A stretch of 64,000 nucleotides of DNA from Rhodospirillales bacterium (GTDB lineage Bacteria > Pseudomonadota > Alphaproteobacteria > Rhodospirillales > 2-12-FULL-67-15). This document shows positions 12,304-22,978 of this stretch, in pieces. Position 1 is the stretch's first letter; each line of letters opens with the position of its first letter. The stretch covers positions 2,682-66,681 of the forward strand of contig SHWG01000001.1 of the NCBI GenBank assembly GCA_009693905.1. Reading direction: 5' to 3'. The notes below the pieces were generated by a model that saw nothing but the letters and a program-made list of their open reading frames with translations, made no database searches and was not told the origin of the DNA. Made by a program: the position numbers and the translations under genes.

Positions 12304-13187
12304 GCGCGCCGCCGGGCGCGCAGGCGTCAAGGATGAGCCTCGCCGCCGGGTTCGGCGCGTTTCTGATCTGGGGCTTGATTCCGATTTTCTTCAAGGCGAT
12401 GGCCGAGGTGCCGGCGCCTGAGATCGTCGCCCACCGCATCGTCTGGGCGGCGCTGCTGATCGCGGTGTTCGTCTGGGTGACGGGGCAGGGCGCCCGGACG
12501 ACGGGTCTCCTCGCGCATCCGCGCCTGCTGCTCGGGCTCGCGGTCTCGTCCGGACTGCTCACGCTCAACTGGCTTGTGTACATTTGGGCGGTCAACAGCG
12601 AACGGGTGCTCGAAACCAGCCTCGGCTACTTCATCAACCCGCTGGTCAATGTCGCTCTCGGGGTCGCGTTTCTCGGCGAACGGCTGCGATTGGTGCAGTG
12701 GCTCGCGGTCGCGTTGGCGGCGGTCGGGGTCGGGATCATGGCCGCCGGGCACGGCGCGCCGCCGTGGATCCCGCTGGTGCTCGCGGTTTCGTTCGGCCTT
12801 TACGGCCTGATGCGCAAGATCATGCCGGTGGATCCGGTCGGCGGCCTGTTGATTGAAACCCTGATCATGACTCCGGTGGCGTTCGGGTATCTCGTCTGGC
12901 TCGGCGGGACGGGCGAAGGGGCGTTTCGCGCCGGGTCGCCGACGCTCGACGCCATGCTCATGGCGACCGGGGTGGCGACCGCGGTTCCGATGACGCTGTT
13001 CGTGATCGCTGCCCGCGGCCTCCGCCTCGCCACCCTCGGATTCATCCAGTACCTCGCGCCCAGCACCACGTTCGTGCTCGGCGTGTTCCTGTTCCGGGAG
13101 CCGTTAACACCGTCCCTGCTGGCGACGTTCGCCTTCGTCTGGGCGGGGCTCGCGCTTTATAGCGTCGATTTGCTCCGCCGGCGCTGA
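12300..13187 (+). CDS. rarD: EamA-family transporter RarD
   Basis: FLIWGLIPIFFK..VPAPEIVAHRIVW; ten predicted TM segments. GTG at 12300 overlaps the upstream stop (GTGA); alternative ATG at 12333. Confidence 0.8.
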   Translation: MSAPPGAQASRMSLAAGFGAFLIWGLIPIFFKAMAEVPAPEIVAHRIVWAALLIAVFVWVTGQGARTTGLLAHPRLLLGLAVSSGLLTLNWLVYIWAVNSERVLETSLGYFINPLVNVALGVAFLGERLRLVQWLAVALAAVGVGIMAAGHGAPPWIPLVLAVSFGLYGLMRKIMPVDPVGGLLIETLIMTPVAFGYLVWLGGTGEGAFRAGSPTLDAMLMATGVATAVPMTLFVIAARGLRLATLGFIQYLAPSTTFVLGVFLFREPLTPSLLATFAFVWAGLALYSVDLLRRR

Positions 13188-13191
13188 CGAA

Positions 13192-16100
13192 TCATTCCGC
13201 TGCTTTGGCGCGGGGCCCGGGCGCGCGTAAACGCCCAAGCAGTTCCGCTTCGGCCGCCTTGGCCTTGGCGATGGCGGCGGCCTTGACGTGGCCGAAGCCG
13301 CGGATTTTGAGCGGCCCGGCGGCGAGCTCGATGGCGGGCGCGTGGGTTGCAGGCGTCAACCGTTCGATCAGTTCGGCGACGAGAGTTTCGTATTCGGCGA
13401 TCAGGCGGCGCTCGCCCCGGCGTTCGGCGGTTCGGCCGAACGGATCGAAAATCGTGCCGCGCAGGACCTTGAGCGGGGCCAAAAATCGCATTGCCGTCAG
13501 CATCCACGGGCCGAAGGCCCGCTTGACCGGCGCGCCGGTCGCCGGGTCGCGCTCGCCCAAAAACGGCGGCGCGAGATGGACCACGAGTCTCGGTTCGCCC
13601 GCGAAGGTTTCGGCGAGCGCGCGGGCGAACCGGCCATCGCTGTAGAGCCGGGCGACCTCATATTCGTCCTTGTAGGCGAGCAGCTTGTAATACGCCTGGG
13701 CGACCGCGCGCGCGAAGCCGTCGTGGCCGGGCGTGCGCTCGGCTTCGGCGGCGCGGGCGGTTGCAACGAGAGCGCGATAGCGCCCGGCGTAGGCCGCGTC
13801 CTGATAGGCGGCAAGATCGGCGGCGCGGCGGGCGACGAATCCATCGAGACCGCCCATGTCCGCCGGCGACGGCGCGACGGCGGGAAGCCCGGCGGCGTGG
13901 GCAACCGCGAGCGCGTCGAGCGCCAGCATCCGGCCCCAGGCGAAGGCGCGGCGGTTCATTTCCGGCGCGACGCCGTTGAGAACGATGGCTTGCTCGATGG
14001 CGGCGGGTCCGACCGGAAGCAACCCTTTCTGGCAGGCGAACCCGAGCAGCAGCAGGTTGGCGCCGGCGGAATCGCCGAGCAGCGCCTGGGCGAGGCCGTT
14101 GGCGTCGAGGTAATCGGGCGCATGCCCGGGATTGACGGCGGCGATCGCGGCCCGCAAGTGCGCCTCGGGAAAATCGGCGTCGGGGTCGTGGGTGAACGCG
14201 GCGGTCATGGTTTCGTGGGCGTTGACCACGGCCCGCGCCCGTTCGGGCGCGAGGGTGGGGAGCGTCTCGCCGCTCGCGGCGGTGATGAGATCGCAGCCGA
14301 GCAGGAAGTCGGCCTCGCCCGCGCCGATGCGCGCGGCGTTGAGGGTTGCCGGCGCGGCGGCGATACGGACGTGGCTGTAGACCTCGCCGTTTTTCTGGGC
14401 GAGCCCGGCGACGTCGAGGATGGAAACGGCTTTGCCTTCGATATGCGCCGCCATGCCGAGCAGCGCGCCGATGGTGACGACCCCGGTGCCGCCGATGCCG
14501 CTGACGACGATACCGTAAGCGCGCGCGCACGGAACCCGCTTGGGCTCGGGCAGGGCTTCGGGCGGCGCGAGCTGGGCCGCGCGGCGCCGGCGAAGCGCGC
14601 CGCCCTCAAGCGTGACGAAGCTCGGGCAGAAACCCTTGCGGCAGGAATAATCCTTGTTGCAGGCGGATTGGTCGATGGCGCGCTTGCGGCCCAGTTCGGT
14701 TTCGACCGGAGCGATGGCGACGCAGTTGGACTGGACGCCGCAGTCGCCGCAGCCTTCGCACACCGCTTCGTTGATAAAAACGCGAATCGGCGGGTCGGGC
14801 ATCGTGCCGCGCTTGCGCCGGCGGCGTTTTTCCGCGGCGCAGGTTTGGCCGTAGACCAGCACGGAAACGCCCGGCCATTCGCGCAAGGTCCGCTGCACCT
14901 GGTCGAGTTCGTCGCGGGAATGGACGGTCGTGTTGGGCGCAAGATCGGGATGGCCGCGATAAAGCTCCGGCTCGTCGGCGACGACGGCGATGCGCTCGAC
15001 GCCCTCGGCGCGCACTTGGGCGGTGATGCGCGGCACGTCGAGCGGGCCGTCCATCGGCTGGCCGCCGGTCATGGCGACGGCGTCGTTGTAGAGAATCTTG
15101 TAGGTCATGGTGACGCCCGCGGCGACGGCGGCGCGAATGGTGAGCAAGCCGGAATGGAAATAGGTGCCGTCGCCGATGTTGACGAAGATGTGCGGCGTGG
15201 CGGAAAAGGGCGCCTGGCCGATCCAGGCCGCTCCCTCGCCGCCCATGTGGGTAAAGGTCGCGGTGTCGCGGTCCATCCAAATCGCCATGTAATGGCAGCC
15301 GATGCCGGCGAGCGCGCGCGAGCCTTCCGGCACGCGGGTCGAGGTGTTGTGCGGACACCCGGCGCAGAAGTAGGGGATGCGCTTGGGAATGTTCGCTGGC
15401 CCGGTGCGGCGCTGCTCGACGCCGTCGAGCCGCGCGATCCTGGCCGTGATCGCGTCGGCGCCGCCGAGGCGGGCTAAACGCGGGGCCAGCGCGCGGGCGA
15501 TCGCCTCCGGCCCGATCTCGCCCGAAGGCGGAAACAACCACTCGCCCTTTTCGTCGCGTTTGCCGACGACGCGGGGCGCGTTGGCGCCGAGGCCGTAGAG
15601 ATGTTCCTTGATTTGCGGCTCGAGCAGCGCGCGCTTTTCTTCGACGACGACGATGTCTTCGAGCCCGTGCGCGAAACGGCGGATCGTGTCGCCGTCGAGC
15701 GGCCAGGCGAACCCGATCTTCAACAGGCGCACCCCACGCGCCGCCGCCCAGGCCGCGTCGATGCCGAGGAGCGCGCAGGCCTCGCCGAGATCGCGACTTG
15801 TCTTGCCGCTGGTGATCAGGCCGAGCCGCGCGTGCGGGCTATCCCACACCACCCGGTCGAAGTTGTTGGCCCGGGCGAAGGCCGCCGCCGCCGGAATCTT
15901 GAAGCGGTAAAGGCGTTCCTCCTGCTCCATCGGCGGGTCGGGCCAGCGGGTGTAGAGCCCACCCGGCGGAAGGGCGACGTCGGGAAGCGGAGCGGGTCGG
16001 GCGCGGGCGGGGTCGAGGGTGACGGACGCCGACGCGTCGATCACGTCGGAAACCGCCTTGAGGCCGACCCAGCAGCCGGAAAAGCGCGAGAGGGCGAAGC

Positions 16101-16656
16101 CGAGCAGGCCGAAGTCGAGCAGCTCCTGCACATCCGAGGGATGGAGCAGAGGCATGCCGGCGTCGACGAGCGCGAAGTCGCTCTGGCTCGGCACGGTCGA
16201 GGATTTGCAAGCGGGATCGTCGCCGGCGAGCGCGAGCACGCCGCCGAGGCGCGAGGTCCCGGCGAGGTTGGCGTGGCGGAAGGCGTCGCCGGAGCGGTCC
16301 ACCCCCGGGCCCTTGCCGTACCAGACGGCGAAAACGCCATCCTTGAGCGCGTCCTTGAACAACGGAAGCTGTTGCGTGCCCATGATGGCGGCGGCGGCGG
16401 TTTCCTCGTTGACCGCGGCATGGAAGCGGACGCCGGCTTGGGCGAGGAATGCCTCGGCGCGCCAAAATTCCTTGTCAACGCTTCCCAAAGGCGAGCCGCG
16501 GTAGCCGGTGACGTAGCCCGCGGTGGCGCACCCGGCTTCGGCGTCGCGCCGACGCTGCTCGAGGCACAGCCGGACCAGCGCCTGGGTCCCGGTCATGAAA
16601 GCGCGGCCCTCGACCAGCCGATACTTGTCGTCGAGCGCTACGTGGACGTGTGTCAT
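13192..16656 (-). CDS. Indolepyruvate/2-oxoacid:ferredoxin oxidoreductase family protein (fused alpha/beta)
   Basis: MTHVHVALDDKYRLVEGRAFMTGTQALVR.., TPP-binding region, ferredoxin-like CEGCGDCGVQSNC. 1154 aa from the ATG at 16656. The ORF-track extension to 17268 crosses an intergenic repeat. Confidence 0.9.
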   Translation of the reverse strand: MTHVHVALDDKYRLVEGRAFMTGTQALVRLCLEQRRRDAEAGCATAGYVTGYRGSPLGSVDKEFWRAEAFLAQAGVRFHAAVNEETAAAAIMGTQQLPLFKDALKDGVFAVWYGKGPGVDRSGDAFRHANLAGTSRLGGVLALAGDDPACKSSTVPSQSDFALVDAGMPLLHPSDVQELLDFGLLGFALSRFSGCWVGLKAVSDVIDASASVTLDPARARPAPLPDVALPPGGLYTRWPDPPMEQEERLYRFKIPAAAAFARANNFDRVVWDSPHARLGLITSGKTSRDLGEACALLGIDAAWAAARGVRLLKIGFAWPLDGDTIRRFAHGLEDIVVVEEKRALLEPQIKEHLYGLGANAPRVVGKRDEKGEWLFPPSGEIGPEAIARALAPRLARLGGADAITARIARLDGVEQRRTGPANIPKRIPYFCAGCPHNTSTRVPEGSRALAGIGCHYMAIWMDRDTATFTHMGGEGAAWIGQAPFSATPHIFVNIGDGTYFHSGLLTIRAAVAAGVTMTYKILYNDAVAMTGGQPMDGPLDVPRITAQVRAEGVERIAVVADEPELYRGHPDLAPNTTVHSRDELDQVQRTLREWPGVSVLVYGQTCAAEKRRRRKRGTMPDPPIRVFINEAVCEGCGDCGVQSNCVAIAPVETELGRKRAIDQSACNKDYSCRKGFCPSFVTLEGGALRRRRAAQLAPPEALPEPKRVPCARAYGIVVSGIGGTGVVTIGALLGMAAHIEGKAVSILDVAGLAQKNGEVYSHVRIAAAPATLNAARIGAGEADFLLGCDLITAASGETLPTLAPERARAVVNAHETMTAAFTHDPDADFPEAHLRAAIAAVNPGHAPDYLDANGLAQALLGDSAGANLLLLGFACQKGLLPVGPAAIEQAIVLNGVAPEMNRRAFAWGRMLALDALAVAHAAGLPAVAPSPADMGGLDGFVARRAADLAAYQDAAYAGRYRALVATARAAEAERTPGHDGFARAVAQAYYKLLAYKDEYEVARLYSDGRFARALAETFAGEPRLVVHLAPPFLGERDPATGAPVKRAFGPWMLTAMRFLAPLKVLRGTIFDPFGRTAERRGERRLIAEYETLVAELIERLTPATHAPAIELAAGPLKIRGFGHVKAAAIAKAKAAEAELLGRLRAPGPRAKAAE

Positions 16657-16680
16657 GCCGGCCCTCCCGATAGGGAAGGT

Positions 16681-16818
16681 TAGAGCATGACCTTCCAATA
16701 TGGAACCGCCTGCGCCGGGCGCGGCGAAAAGAATGTTTCCGCCCGGCGGCGCAGGTCGCCCAAATGGAAGACAGGGCGCGATGCGCGCCGCGGGGTCTTT
16801 GGGTTTAGGCGCTTGCGC
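16681..16818. repeat. Composite dispersed repeat in the intergenic region
   Basis: 5' part tagagcatgaccttccaatatggaaccgcctgcgccgg resembles the left end of the 26587 element. 3' part (16726-16818) is about 80% identical by eye to 40173-40263. Confidence 0.5.
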
Positions 16819-16899
16819 GCCCTGGCGGCGGGGCGGGGTTGCAAAAAACGCGGGAGGCTGTATACCGAAAGAAATAAGGGTTTTCGGGATTCTTTCGGC

Positions 16900-17880
16900 A
16901 TGACCGTTCTCGTCACCGGCGCGGCCGGGTTCATCGGTTTTCATGTCGCCCAGGCCCTGCTGGCGCGGGGCGAGTCGGTGCTTGGGCTCGACAATCTCAA
17001 CGCTTATTACGACGTCAAGCTGAAGGAGGCGCGGCTCGCGATCTTGCGCGCGGCCAAGGATTTTTCCTTCGTCCAGGCCGACGTCGCCGACCCGGAAGCG
17101 CTCGCCGCCGCGATAGCCTCGCGCCCCGCGCTCGATCGCATCGTCCACCTCGCCGCCCAGGCCGGCGTGCGCCATTCGATGAAAGACCCGCATGCCTACG
17201 TCCGCAGCAACGTCGGCGGACAGGTCGTCCTGCTGGAGGCCTGCCGCCGCCTCAAGGGCCTGCGCCATTTCGTTTATGCGTCTTCGTCTTCGGTTTACGG
17301 CGCGAACTCCAGGCTACCGTTCTCGGTTCACGATCGGACCGACGCGCCGCTTTCGCTCTACGCCGCGAGCAAGAAGGAACAGGAGTTGATCGCGCACGCC
17401 TACGCCCACATCTGGCGCCTGCCGGTGACGGGCCTCCGTTTCTTCACCGTCTATGGGCCGTGGGGCCGGCCCGACATGGCGGCGTACATCTTCGCGCGCC
17501 GGATCGTGGCCGGCGAACCGATCCCGGTCTTCAACAACGGCGACATGCGCCGCGACTTCACCTTCATCGACGACATCGTCGCCGGGGTGATCGCCGCGCT
17601 CGACCGACCGCCCGCCGACGACGGCCGTCATCCGCCGGCGAAGCTCTACAATCTCGGCAACAGCCGCTCCGAGCCGTTGCCGCGCTACATCGCCTTGATC
17701 GAGGAAGCGCTGGGACGCAAGGCGGCGAAGGAGCATCTGCCGCTCCAGCCGGGCGACGTCAAGGAAACCTACGCCGATATCGAGGACAGCCGCCGCGATC
17801 TCGGCTTCGAGCCGCGGGTCTCGATCGAAGAGGGGATTCCGCGCTTCATCGCCTGGTTCCGGGAATACCATGGGCTCTAA
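16900..17880 (+). CDS. NAD-dependent sugar-nucleotide epimerase (UDP-glucuronate 4-epimerase-like, SDR family)
   Basis: VTGAAGFIGFH Rossmann motif, catalytic YAASK; 326 aa. Confidence 0.88.
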   Translation: MTVLVTGAAGFIGFHVAQALLARGESVLGLDNLNAYYDVKLKEARLAILRAAKDFSFVQADVADPEALAAAIASRPALDRIVHLAAQAGVRHSMKDPHAYVRSNVGGQVVLLEACRRLKGLRHFVYASSSSVYGANSRLPFSVHDRTDAPLSLYAASKKEQELIAHAYAHIWRLPVTGLRFFTVYGPWGRPDMAAYIFARRIVAGEPIPVFNNGDMRRDFTFIDDIVAGVIAALDRPPADDGRHPPAKLYNLGNSRSEPLPRYIALIEEALGRKAAKEHLPLQPGDVKETYADIEDSRRDLGFEPRVSIEEGIPRFIAWFREYHGL

Positions 17881-17883
17881 CGT

Positions 17884-19686
17884 TTAGGCGTACAGTGCCT
17901 CCAGGCGCGCGCCGTAGATCTCCCGCACCTTGTGGCGGCGGATCTTCATCGTCGGGGTCAACATCTCGTTTTCGATGGTGAACGGCTCGGCGGCGACGAG
18001 GGTGCGCCGGATTTTCTCGAGCGGCGAAAGCCCGGCGTTGACCCGCTCGACCACGGCCGCAAGCGCGGCGGCGAGGTCCTTGTCGGCGGCGAGCGCCTTG
18101 GCATCTCCGGTCTTTCCCCGGGCCTGCGCCCACGCCTGGAGCCAGTCGGGGTCCGGCACCAGGAGCGCGACCAAATGCGGATGGCGGTCGCCATGGACCA
18201 TCGCCTGGGCGATCTCGTCCTCAAGCGTGAGCAAGCCCTCGACCCGTTGTGGCGAGATATTGTCGCCGCCGGAATTGACGATGATGTCCTTCTTGCGGTC
18301 GGTGATGACGAGATGCCCGTCGGCATCGAAATGGCCGACGTCGCCGGTGTGCAGCCACCCGTCGCGGATCGCCTCGCGGGTCGCGGTTTCGTTTTTCCAG
18401 TAGCCCTCCATCACCAACTCGCCGCGAACCAGGATTTCGCCGTCGGGGCCGATCCGGACCTCGGTCGCATCGAGCGGCGGCCCGACCGAATGCATCTTGG
18501 CCGCGTTCGGGCGGTTGACGCTGATGACGGGCGCGGATTCGGTTTGGCCGTAGCCTTGGAGAATGCGCAGGCCGAGCGCGGTGAAGAACATCCCGATCTC
18601 GGGGTTGAGCGGCGCTCCGCCCGAGACCAGCGCCTTCAGCCGCCCGCCGAAGCGGGTGCGGACCTTATCGCGCACCAGCCGATCCAAAATCGCGTCGAGA
18701 AGACGCTGGCCGAGGCTTAGGGACTTGGGAGCCTCGAATCGCCTGCGCCCCAATTCGAGCGTCTTGGCGAACAGGCGGCGGCGCAAGACGCTGCTTTTAG
18801 CGACGCCGCGGGTGATGCGCGAGTGCAAGCTTTCGTAGAGCCGCGGCACCGCGGTCATGATGGTCGGGCGCGTCTCGATCATGTTGGAGGCGAGCGCCTC
18901 GATGCCCTCGGCGTAGTAAATTTCGGCGCCGATGGAAATGGGAAAGAACTGTCCGGCGGTGTGCTCGTAGGAGTGCGAGAGCGGCAGGAAGGACAGGAAC
19001 ACTTCCCGGTCGATCCCGAGTTCGGCGAGCGCGAGCGCCGCGCCCCGGCAGTTGTGAAGAATGGCGCCGTGGCTCAAGACCACGCCCTTGGGCACTCCGC
19101 CGGTGCCGGAGGTGTAGATGACGCAAGCCGGGCGGGTGCGCGGCCACGACCAGGCTTTCTCGACCACGTTCTCGTGGCGGGCGCGGCCGGTCTCGATCAT
19201 CTGGTCGAGGGCGACGAGGCGCAAGCGCCGCGCCGGCGCCGCGGGCGGCGGGTCCATGGCGGCGACGAAACGCAGCTCGGGCGCGCCCTCGGCGGCGGCG
19301 AGAACCCTCTCGGCGAGCCGGCGCTGGGAAACGATCGCCCCCTTCGCGCCGCTGTCTTTCAAGACATGGGCATGATCGGCGACGGTGTTGGTGACGTACG
19401 CCGGCACCGTGATCGCGCCGATCGACATGATGGCGAGATCGGCGATCGTCCAGGCCGGGCGGTTTTCGGACACCAGCACGACGCGGTCACCCGGTTCGAC
19501 CCCGGCGGCGATCAGCCCGCGGGCGAGCGCGCTGACGCGAGCCGCCGCGTCGCCCCAGGTCAGCGGCCGCCAGACGCCGGCGCGCTTCGCCCACAGGAAC
19601 GGGTGCTCGCCGAGGCGGTCCACTTGATCGAAGAACATGGCCGCGAGGTTCGGCCACCGCTCGAACTGACCGCGATCGGTGCGCAT
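17884..19686 (-). CDS. Long-chain-fatty-acid--CoA ligase (AMP-binding family)
   Basis: YTSGTGGVPKGVVLSH, GYGQTE, WLHTGDVG. ATG at 19686 is preceded by ggagag. Confidence 0.9.
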   Translation of the reverse strand: MRTDRGQFERWPNLAAMFFDQVDRLGEHPFLWAKRAGVWRPLTWGDAAARVSALARGLIAAGVEPGDRVVLVSENRPAWTIADLAIMSIGAITVPAYVTNTVADHAHVLKDSGAKGAIVSQRRLAERVLAAAEGAPELRFVAAMDPPPAAPARRLRLVALDQMIETGRARHENVVEKAWSWPRTRPACVIYTSGTGGVPKGVVLSHGAILHNCRGAALALAELGIDREVFLSFLPLSHSYEHTAGQFFPISIGAEIYYAEGIEALASNMIETRPTIMTAVPRLYESLHSRITRGVAKSSVLRRRLFAKTLELGRRRFEAPKSLSLGQRLLDAILDRLVRDKVRTRFGGRLKALVSGGAPLNPEIGMFFTALGLRILQGYGQTESAPVISVNRPNAAKMHSVGPPLDATEVRIGPDGEILVRGELVMEGYWKNETATREAIRDGWLHTGDVGHFDADGHLVITDRKKDIIVNSGGDNISPQRVEGLLTLEDEIAQAMVHGDRHPHLVALLVPDPDWLQAWAQARGKTGDAKALAADKDLAAALAAVVERVNAGLSPLEKIRRTLVAAEPFTIENEMLTPTMKIRRHKVREIYGARLEALYA

Positions 19687-19786
19687 GATCGTCTCTCCGG
19701 ACCCGAGGTGTGCGGGCGGCCCGTTTCCCGTTGCCTCAAGCTTAATCCACCCGTATAGGACTGGCGTTGCAAGGAGATTTTCGCTC

Positions 19787-21553
19787 ATGGCCCGGCCCCA
19801 TAAAGCCCTGCCGCGCTGGTCGCTCGCCGACCTCTACGCCGGACCCGACGATCCCCGGCTCGAAGCCGACGTCGCCTGGGTGGCGGAACGGTCGCGGGAA
19901 CTCGAGCGGCGTTTCCAGGGGCGTGTCGCCCTGCTCGCCGGGAACGAGCTCGGCGGGGCCATTGCCGCCTATGACGCGATCGCCGACCGCCGGGAGAAAA
20001 TCCTCGCTTTCGTTTCGCTCCGTCACGCCGCCGATCTCGCCGATCCGGAGACCGGGCGGCTGTTACAGAATACGACCGAGCGCCTCACCGATCTCGCCCG
20101 GCACACCCTCTTCCTGACGCTGGAGCTGAACCGGATGGAGGAAGACGCGCTGACCCGCGCCCAGGCGGACCCGGCGGCGCGGCGCTACGCGCCGTGGATC
20201 CGCGAGGTGCGCGCGTTTCGCGACCATCAGCTTTCCGACGAGCTGGAAAACTACGAGCTCGATCGATCCGCGACCGGCGGGGCCTGGCCGCGCCTGTTCG
20301 ACGAAACCGTGGCGGCGATGCGGTTTCGCGTCGGCCCGCGGCTTCTCACGATTTCCGCCACCCTCGATCTTCTCTCCAATCCCCGCCGGGCGGTGCGCCG
20401 GCAAGCCGCGCGCGCCCTGGCCGCGGGGCTTGCCCCGCGCGGGCCGCTGTTTGCGCTCGTCCTCAACACGCAGGCCAAGGACAAGGAGATCGAAGACCGC
20501 TGGCGCAAATATCCGAGCCCGCTCGCGCAGCGCAACCTCGCCAACCAGGTCGAGGACAAGGTCGTGGACGCGCTCGTCGGCGCGGTGCGCGAATCGTTCC
20601 CCCGCCTTTCGCATCGCTATTACAAGCTGAAGGCGCGCATGCTCGGGCTCAAATCGCTCGAATACTGGGATCGCAACGCGCCGCTGCCCAAGGTCCCGGT
20701 TCGCGCTTATAGCTGGAGCGCGGCCGAGGATATCGTGCTCGGCGCCTACCGCGCCTTTTCGCCGCGCATGGCGGAGATCGCGGGCAGGTTCTTCCGCGGC
20801 GGCTGGATTGACGCCGCGCTCGCGCCGGGCAAGGATTCGGGCGCTTTCTCCCACCCCACCGCGCCCTCGGTGCATCCCTACATCCTGCTCAATTATCACG
20901 GCCGCGCCCGCGACGTGATGACGCTCGCGCACGAACTCGGCCACGGCGTGCATCAGGTTCTGTCCGCGCCCCAGGGCGCGTTGATGGCCGATGCGCCGCT
21001 GACGCTGGCCGAGACGGCTTCGGTTTTCGGCGAGATGCTGGTTTTTCAAGCGATGCTCGGTGCGGAATCGAACCCGGCGCGGCGGCGGGTGTTGCTCGCG
21101 GGCAAGATCGAAGACATGCTGAACACGCTTGTCCGCCAGGTCGCTTTTCACGAATTCGAGCGCCGTTTCCACGACGCCCGGCGCTCGGGCGAGATCACGC
21201 CCGAGCGCATCGGCGCGATCTGGCTCGAGGTCCAGCGCGAAAGCCTCGGCCCCGCGTTCCGCTTCGCCCCCGAATACCGCTGGTTCTGGGCCTACATCCC
21301 GCATTTCGTCCATTCGCCGTTCTACGTCTATGCCTACGCCTTCGGCGATTGCCTGGTGAACGCGCTCTACGCCGTCCATCGCGGCGGCCATCCCGGCTTC
21401 GAGGGAAAGTATCTCGACATGCTCGGCGCGGGCGGGACGCTCCGGCACCGCGAGTTGCTCGCCCCCTTCGGCCTCGATGCGGGCGAACCCGCGTTCTGGC
21501 GCCGCGGCCTCGACGTCGTCGCCGGACTGATCGACGAATTGGAGGCGGCGTGA
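19787..21553 (+). CDS. pepF: M3-family oligoendopeptidase F
   Basis: Zinc motif HELGHGVH; about 588 aa from the ATG at 19787. Confidence 0.88.
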   Translation: MARPHKALPRWSLADLYAGPDDPRLEADVAWVAERSRELERRFQGRVALLAGNELGGAIAAYDAIADRREKILAFVSLRHAADLADPETGRLLQNTTERLTDLARHTLFLTLELNRMEEDALTRAQADPAARRYAPWIREVRAFRDHQLSDELENYELDRSATGGAWPRLFDETVAAMRFRVGPRLLTISATLDLLSNPRRAVRRQAARALAAGLAPRGPLFALVLNTQAKDKEIEDRWRKYPSPLAQRNLANQVEDKVVDALVGAVRESFPRLSHRYYKLKARMLGLKSLEYWDRNAPLPKVPVRAYSWSAAEDIVLGAYRAFSPRMAEIAGRFFRGGWIDAALAPGKDSGAFSHPTAPSVHPYILLNYHGRARDVMTLAHELGHGVHQVLSAPQGALMADAPLTLAETASVFGEMLVFQAMLGAESNPARRRVLLAGKIEDMLNTLVRQVAFHEFERRFHDARRSGEITPERIGAIWLEVQRESLGPAFRFAPEYRWFWAYIPHFVHSPFYVYAYAFGDCLVNALYAVHRGGHPGFEGKYLDMLGAGGTLRHRELLAPFGLDAGEPAFWRRGLDVVAGLIDELEAA

Positions 21554-22905
21554 AAACGGATCGCACCGGCACGGAAAATTCCTTGCGCGGACGGATGAAG
21601 CGCTATGCCCGGGTCGGCACGGCGATGGGCGGCATCGCCGCCAAGGCGGCGGGCCGCCGCCTGATCGGCCGGCGCACCGACGTCGCCGCCGAGGCGCTCG
21701 CGCTCAAGACCGTTCTCGGCGCGCTCAAGGGGCCGCTGATGAAGGTCGGGCAGATTCTTTCGACCGTGCCCGACATGTTGCCGCCGGAATACACCACCGA
21801 ACTCGCGCATCTTCAGACCAACGCGCCGAGTATGGGCTGGGCCTTCGTGCGCCGGCGGATGGCGGCGGAACTGGGGCCGGATTGGCAATCCCGCTTCCGC
21901 GCCTTCGAGCCGGTTGCCGCCGCCGCCGCCTCGCTCGGTCAAGTGCATCGGGCCACGTCCCGGGACGGCCACGCGCTCGCTTGCAAGATTCAATACCCCG
22001 ACATGGGCGCGGCGGTGGAGGCCGATCTCGCCCAACTCAAGGTCGCCTTTGCCCTCTATCGCCGCTTCGACCGGGCGATCGAGCCCGCCCGCATCCACGA
22101 GGAATTGTCGGCGCGCTTGCGCGAGGAGCTCGACTACCGGCGCGAGGCGCGCAACATGCGTCTCTACGACGCGATGCTGCACCCCGAGAAAAAAGTCCAT
22201 GTGCCCGAGCCGGTCGCGGCGCTCTCCACCGGGCGGCTCCTGACCATGAACTGGCTCGAGGGCAAGCCACTCAAAAGCTTCGTCGACGCGCCGCTCAAGC
22301 TCCGCAACACCGTCGCCTACAACATGTTTCGCGCCTGGTACGTGCCGTTCTACGGCTACGGCGTGATTCACGGCGATCCGCACCTCGGCAACTACACGAT
22401 CCGGCCGGACGGAGATATCAATCTGCTCGACTTCGGCTGCATCCGCGTATTCAAGCCGTCGTTCATCCGCGCGGTCATCGACCTCTACCGCGCGCTCCGC
22501 GACGGCGACGAGGACCTCGCGGTTTCCGCCTACCGCACCTGGGGATTTAAGAACCTGGACCGGAAGCTGATCGCCATCTTGAGCCAGTGGGCGCGGTTCC
22601 TCTACGCCCCGTTGATGGAAGACAAGGCGCAGAAAATCCAGGATACCGGCGACACCGCTTTTGGCGCCCGGGTCGCGGGCAAGGTCCATCGCGAACTGCG
22701 CGAGTTCGGTGGGGTCATGCCGCCGCGCGAATTCGTCCTCATGGACCGCGCCGCGGTCGGGCTGGGCAGCGTGTTCACGCACCTCCATGCGGAGATCAAC
22801 TGGCACCGCCTGTTCCACGACTTGATCGACGGCTTCGACGAGAAGGCGCTGGGCGAGCGCCAGCGCAAGATGCTCGCCCGGTTCGACATCCCGCCCGCGG
22901 ATTAA
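21550..22905 (+). CDS. ABC1/AarF/UbiB-family atypical kinase
   Basis: GPLMKVGQILSTVPDMLP, AAASLGQVHRA, IHGDPHLGN. GTG at 21550 overlaps the pepF stop (GTGA), with ggagg upstream. Confidence 0.82.
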   Translation: MKTDRTGTENSLRGRMKRYARVGTAMGGIAAKAAGRRLIGRRTDVAAEALALKTVLGALKGPLMKVGQILSTVPDMLPPEYTTELAHLQTNAPSMGWAFVRRRMAAELGPDWQSRFRAFEPVAAAAASLGQVHRATSRDGHALACKIQYPDMGAAVEADLAQLKVAFALYRRFDRAIEPARIHEELSARLREELDYRREARNMRLYDAMLHPEKKVHVPEPVAALSTGRLLTMNWLEGKPLKSFVDAPLKLRNTVAYNMFRAWYVPFYGYGVIHGDPHLGNYTIRPDGDINLLDFGCIRVFKPSFIRAVIDLYRALRDGDEDLAVSAYRTWGFKNLDRKLIAILSQWARFLYAPLMEDKAQKIQDTGDTAFGARVAGKVHRELREFGGVMPPREFVLMDRAAVGLGSVFTHLHAEINWHRLFHDLIDGFDEKALGERQRKMLARFDIPPAD

Positions 22906-22978
22906 CGGCCCGGTTGACGCAACCCTCTCCGGGCGGGACAATCGTTCCAGGGACGAAAAGCCCCCGAAGGATGGCGAC

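Noticed and set aside
16657-17268. N-terminal 204-codon extension of the oxidoreductase ORF (track start 17268).
   Set aside because: The extension runs through the intergenic repeat and antisense to the epimerase gene. The family N-terminus MTHVHVALDDKY begins at 16656.
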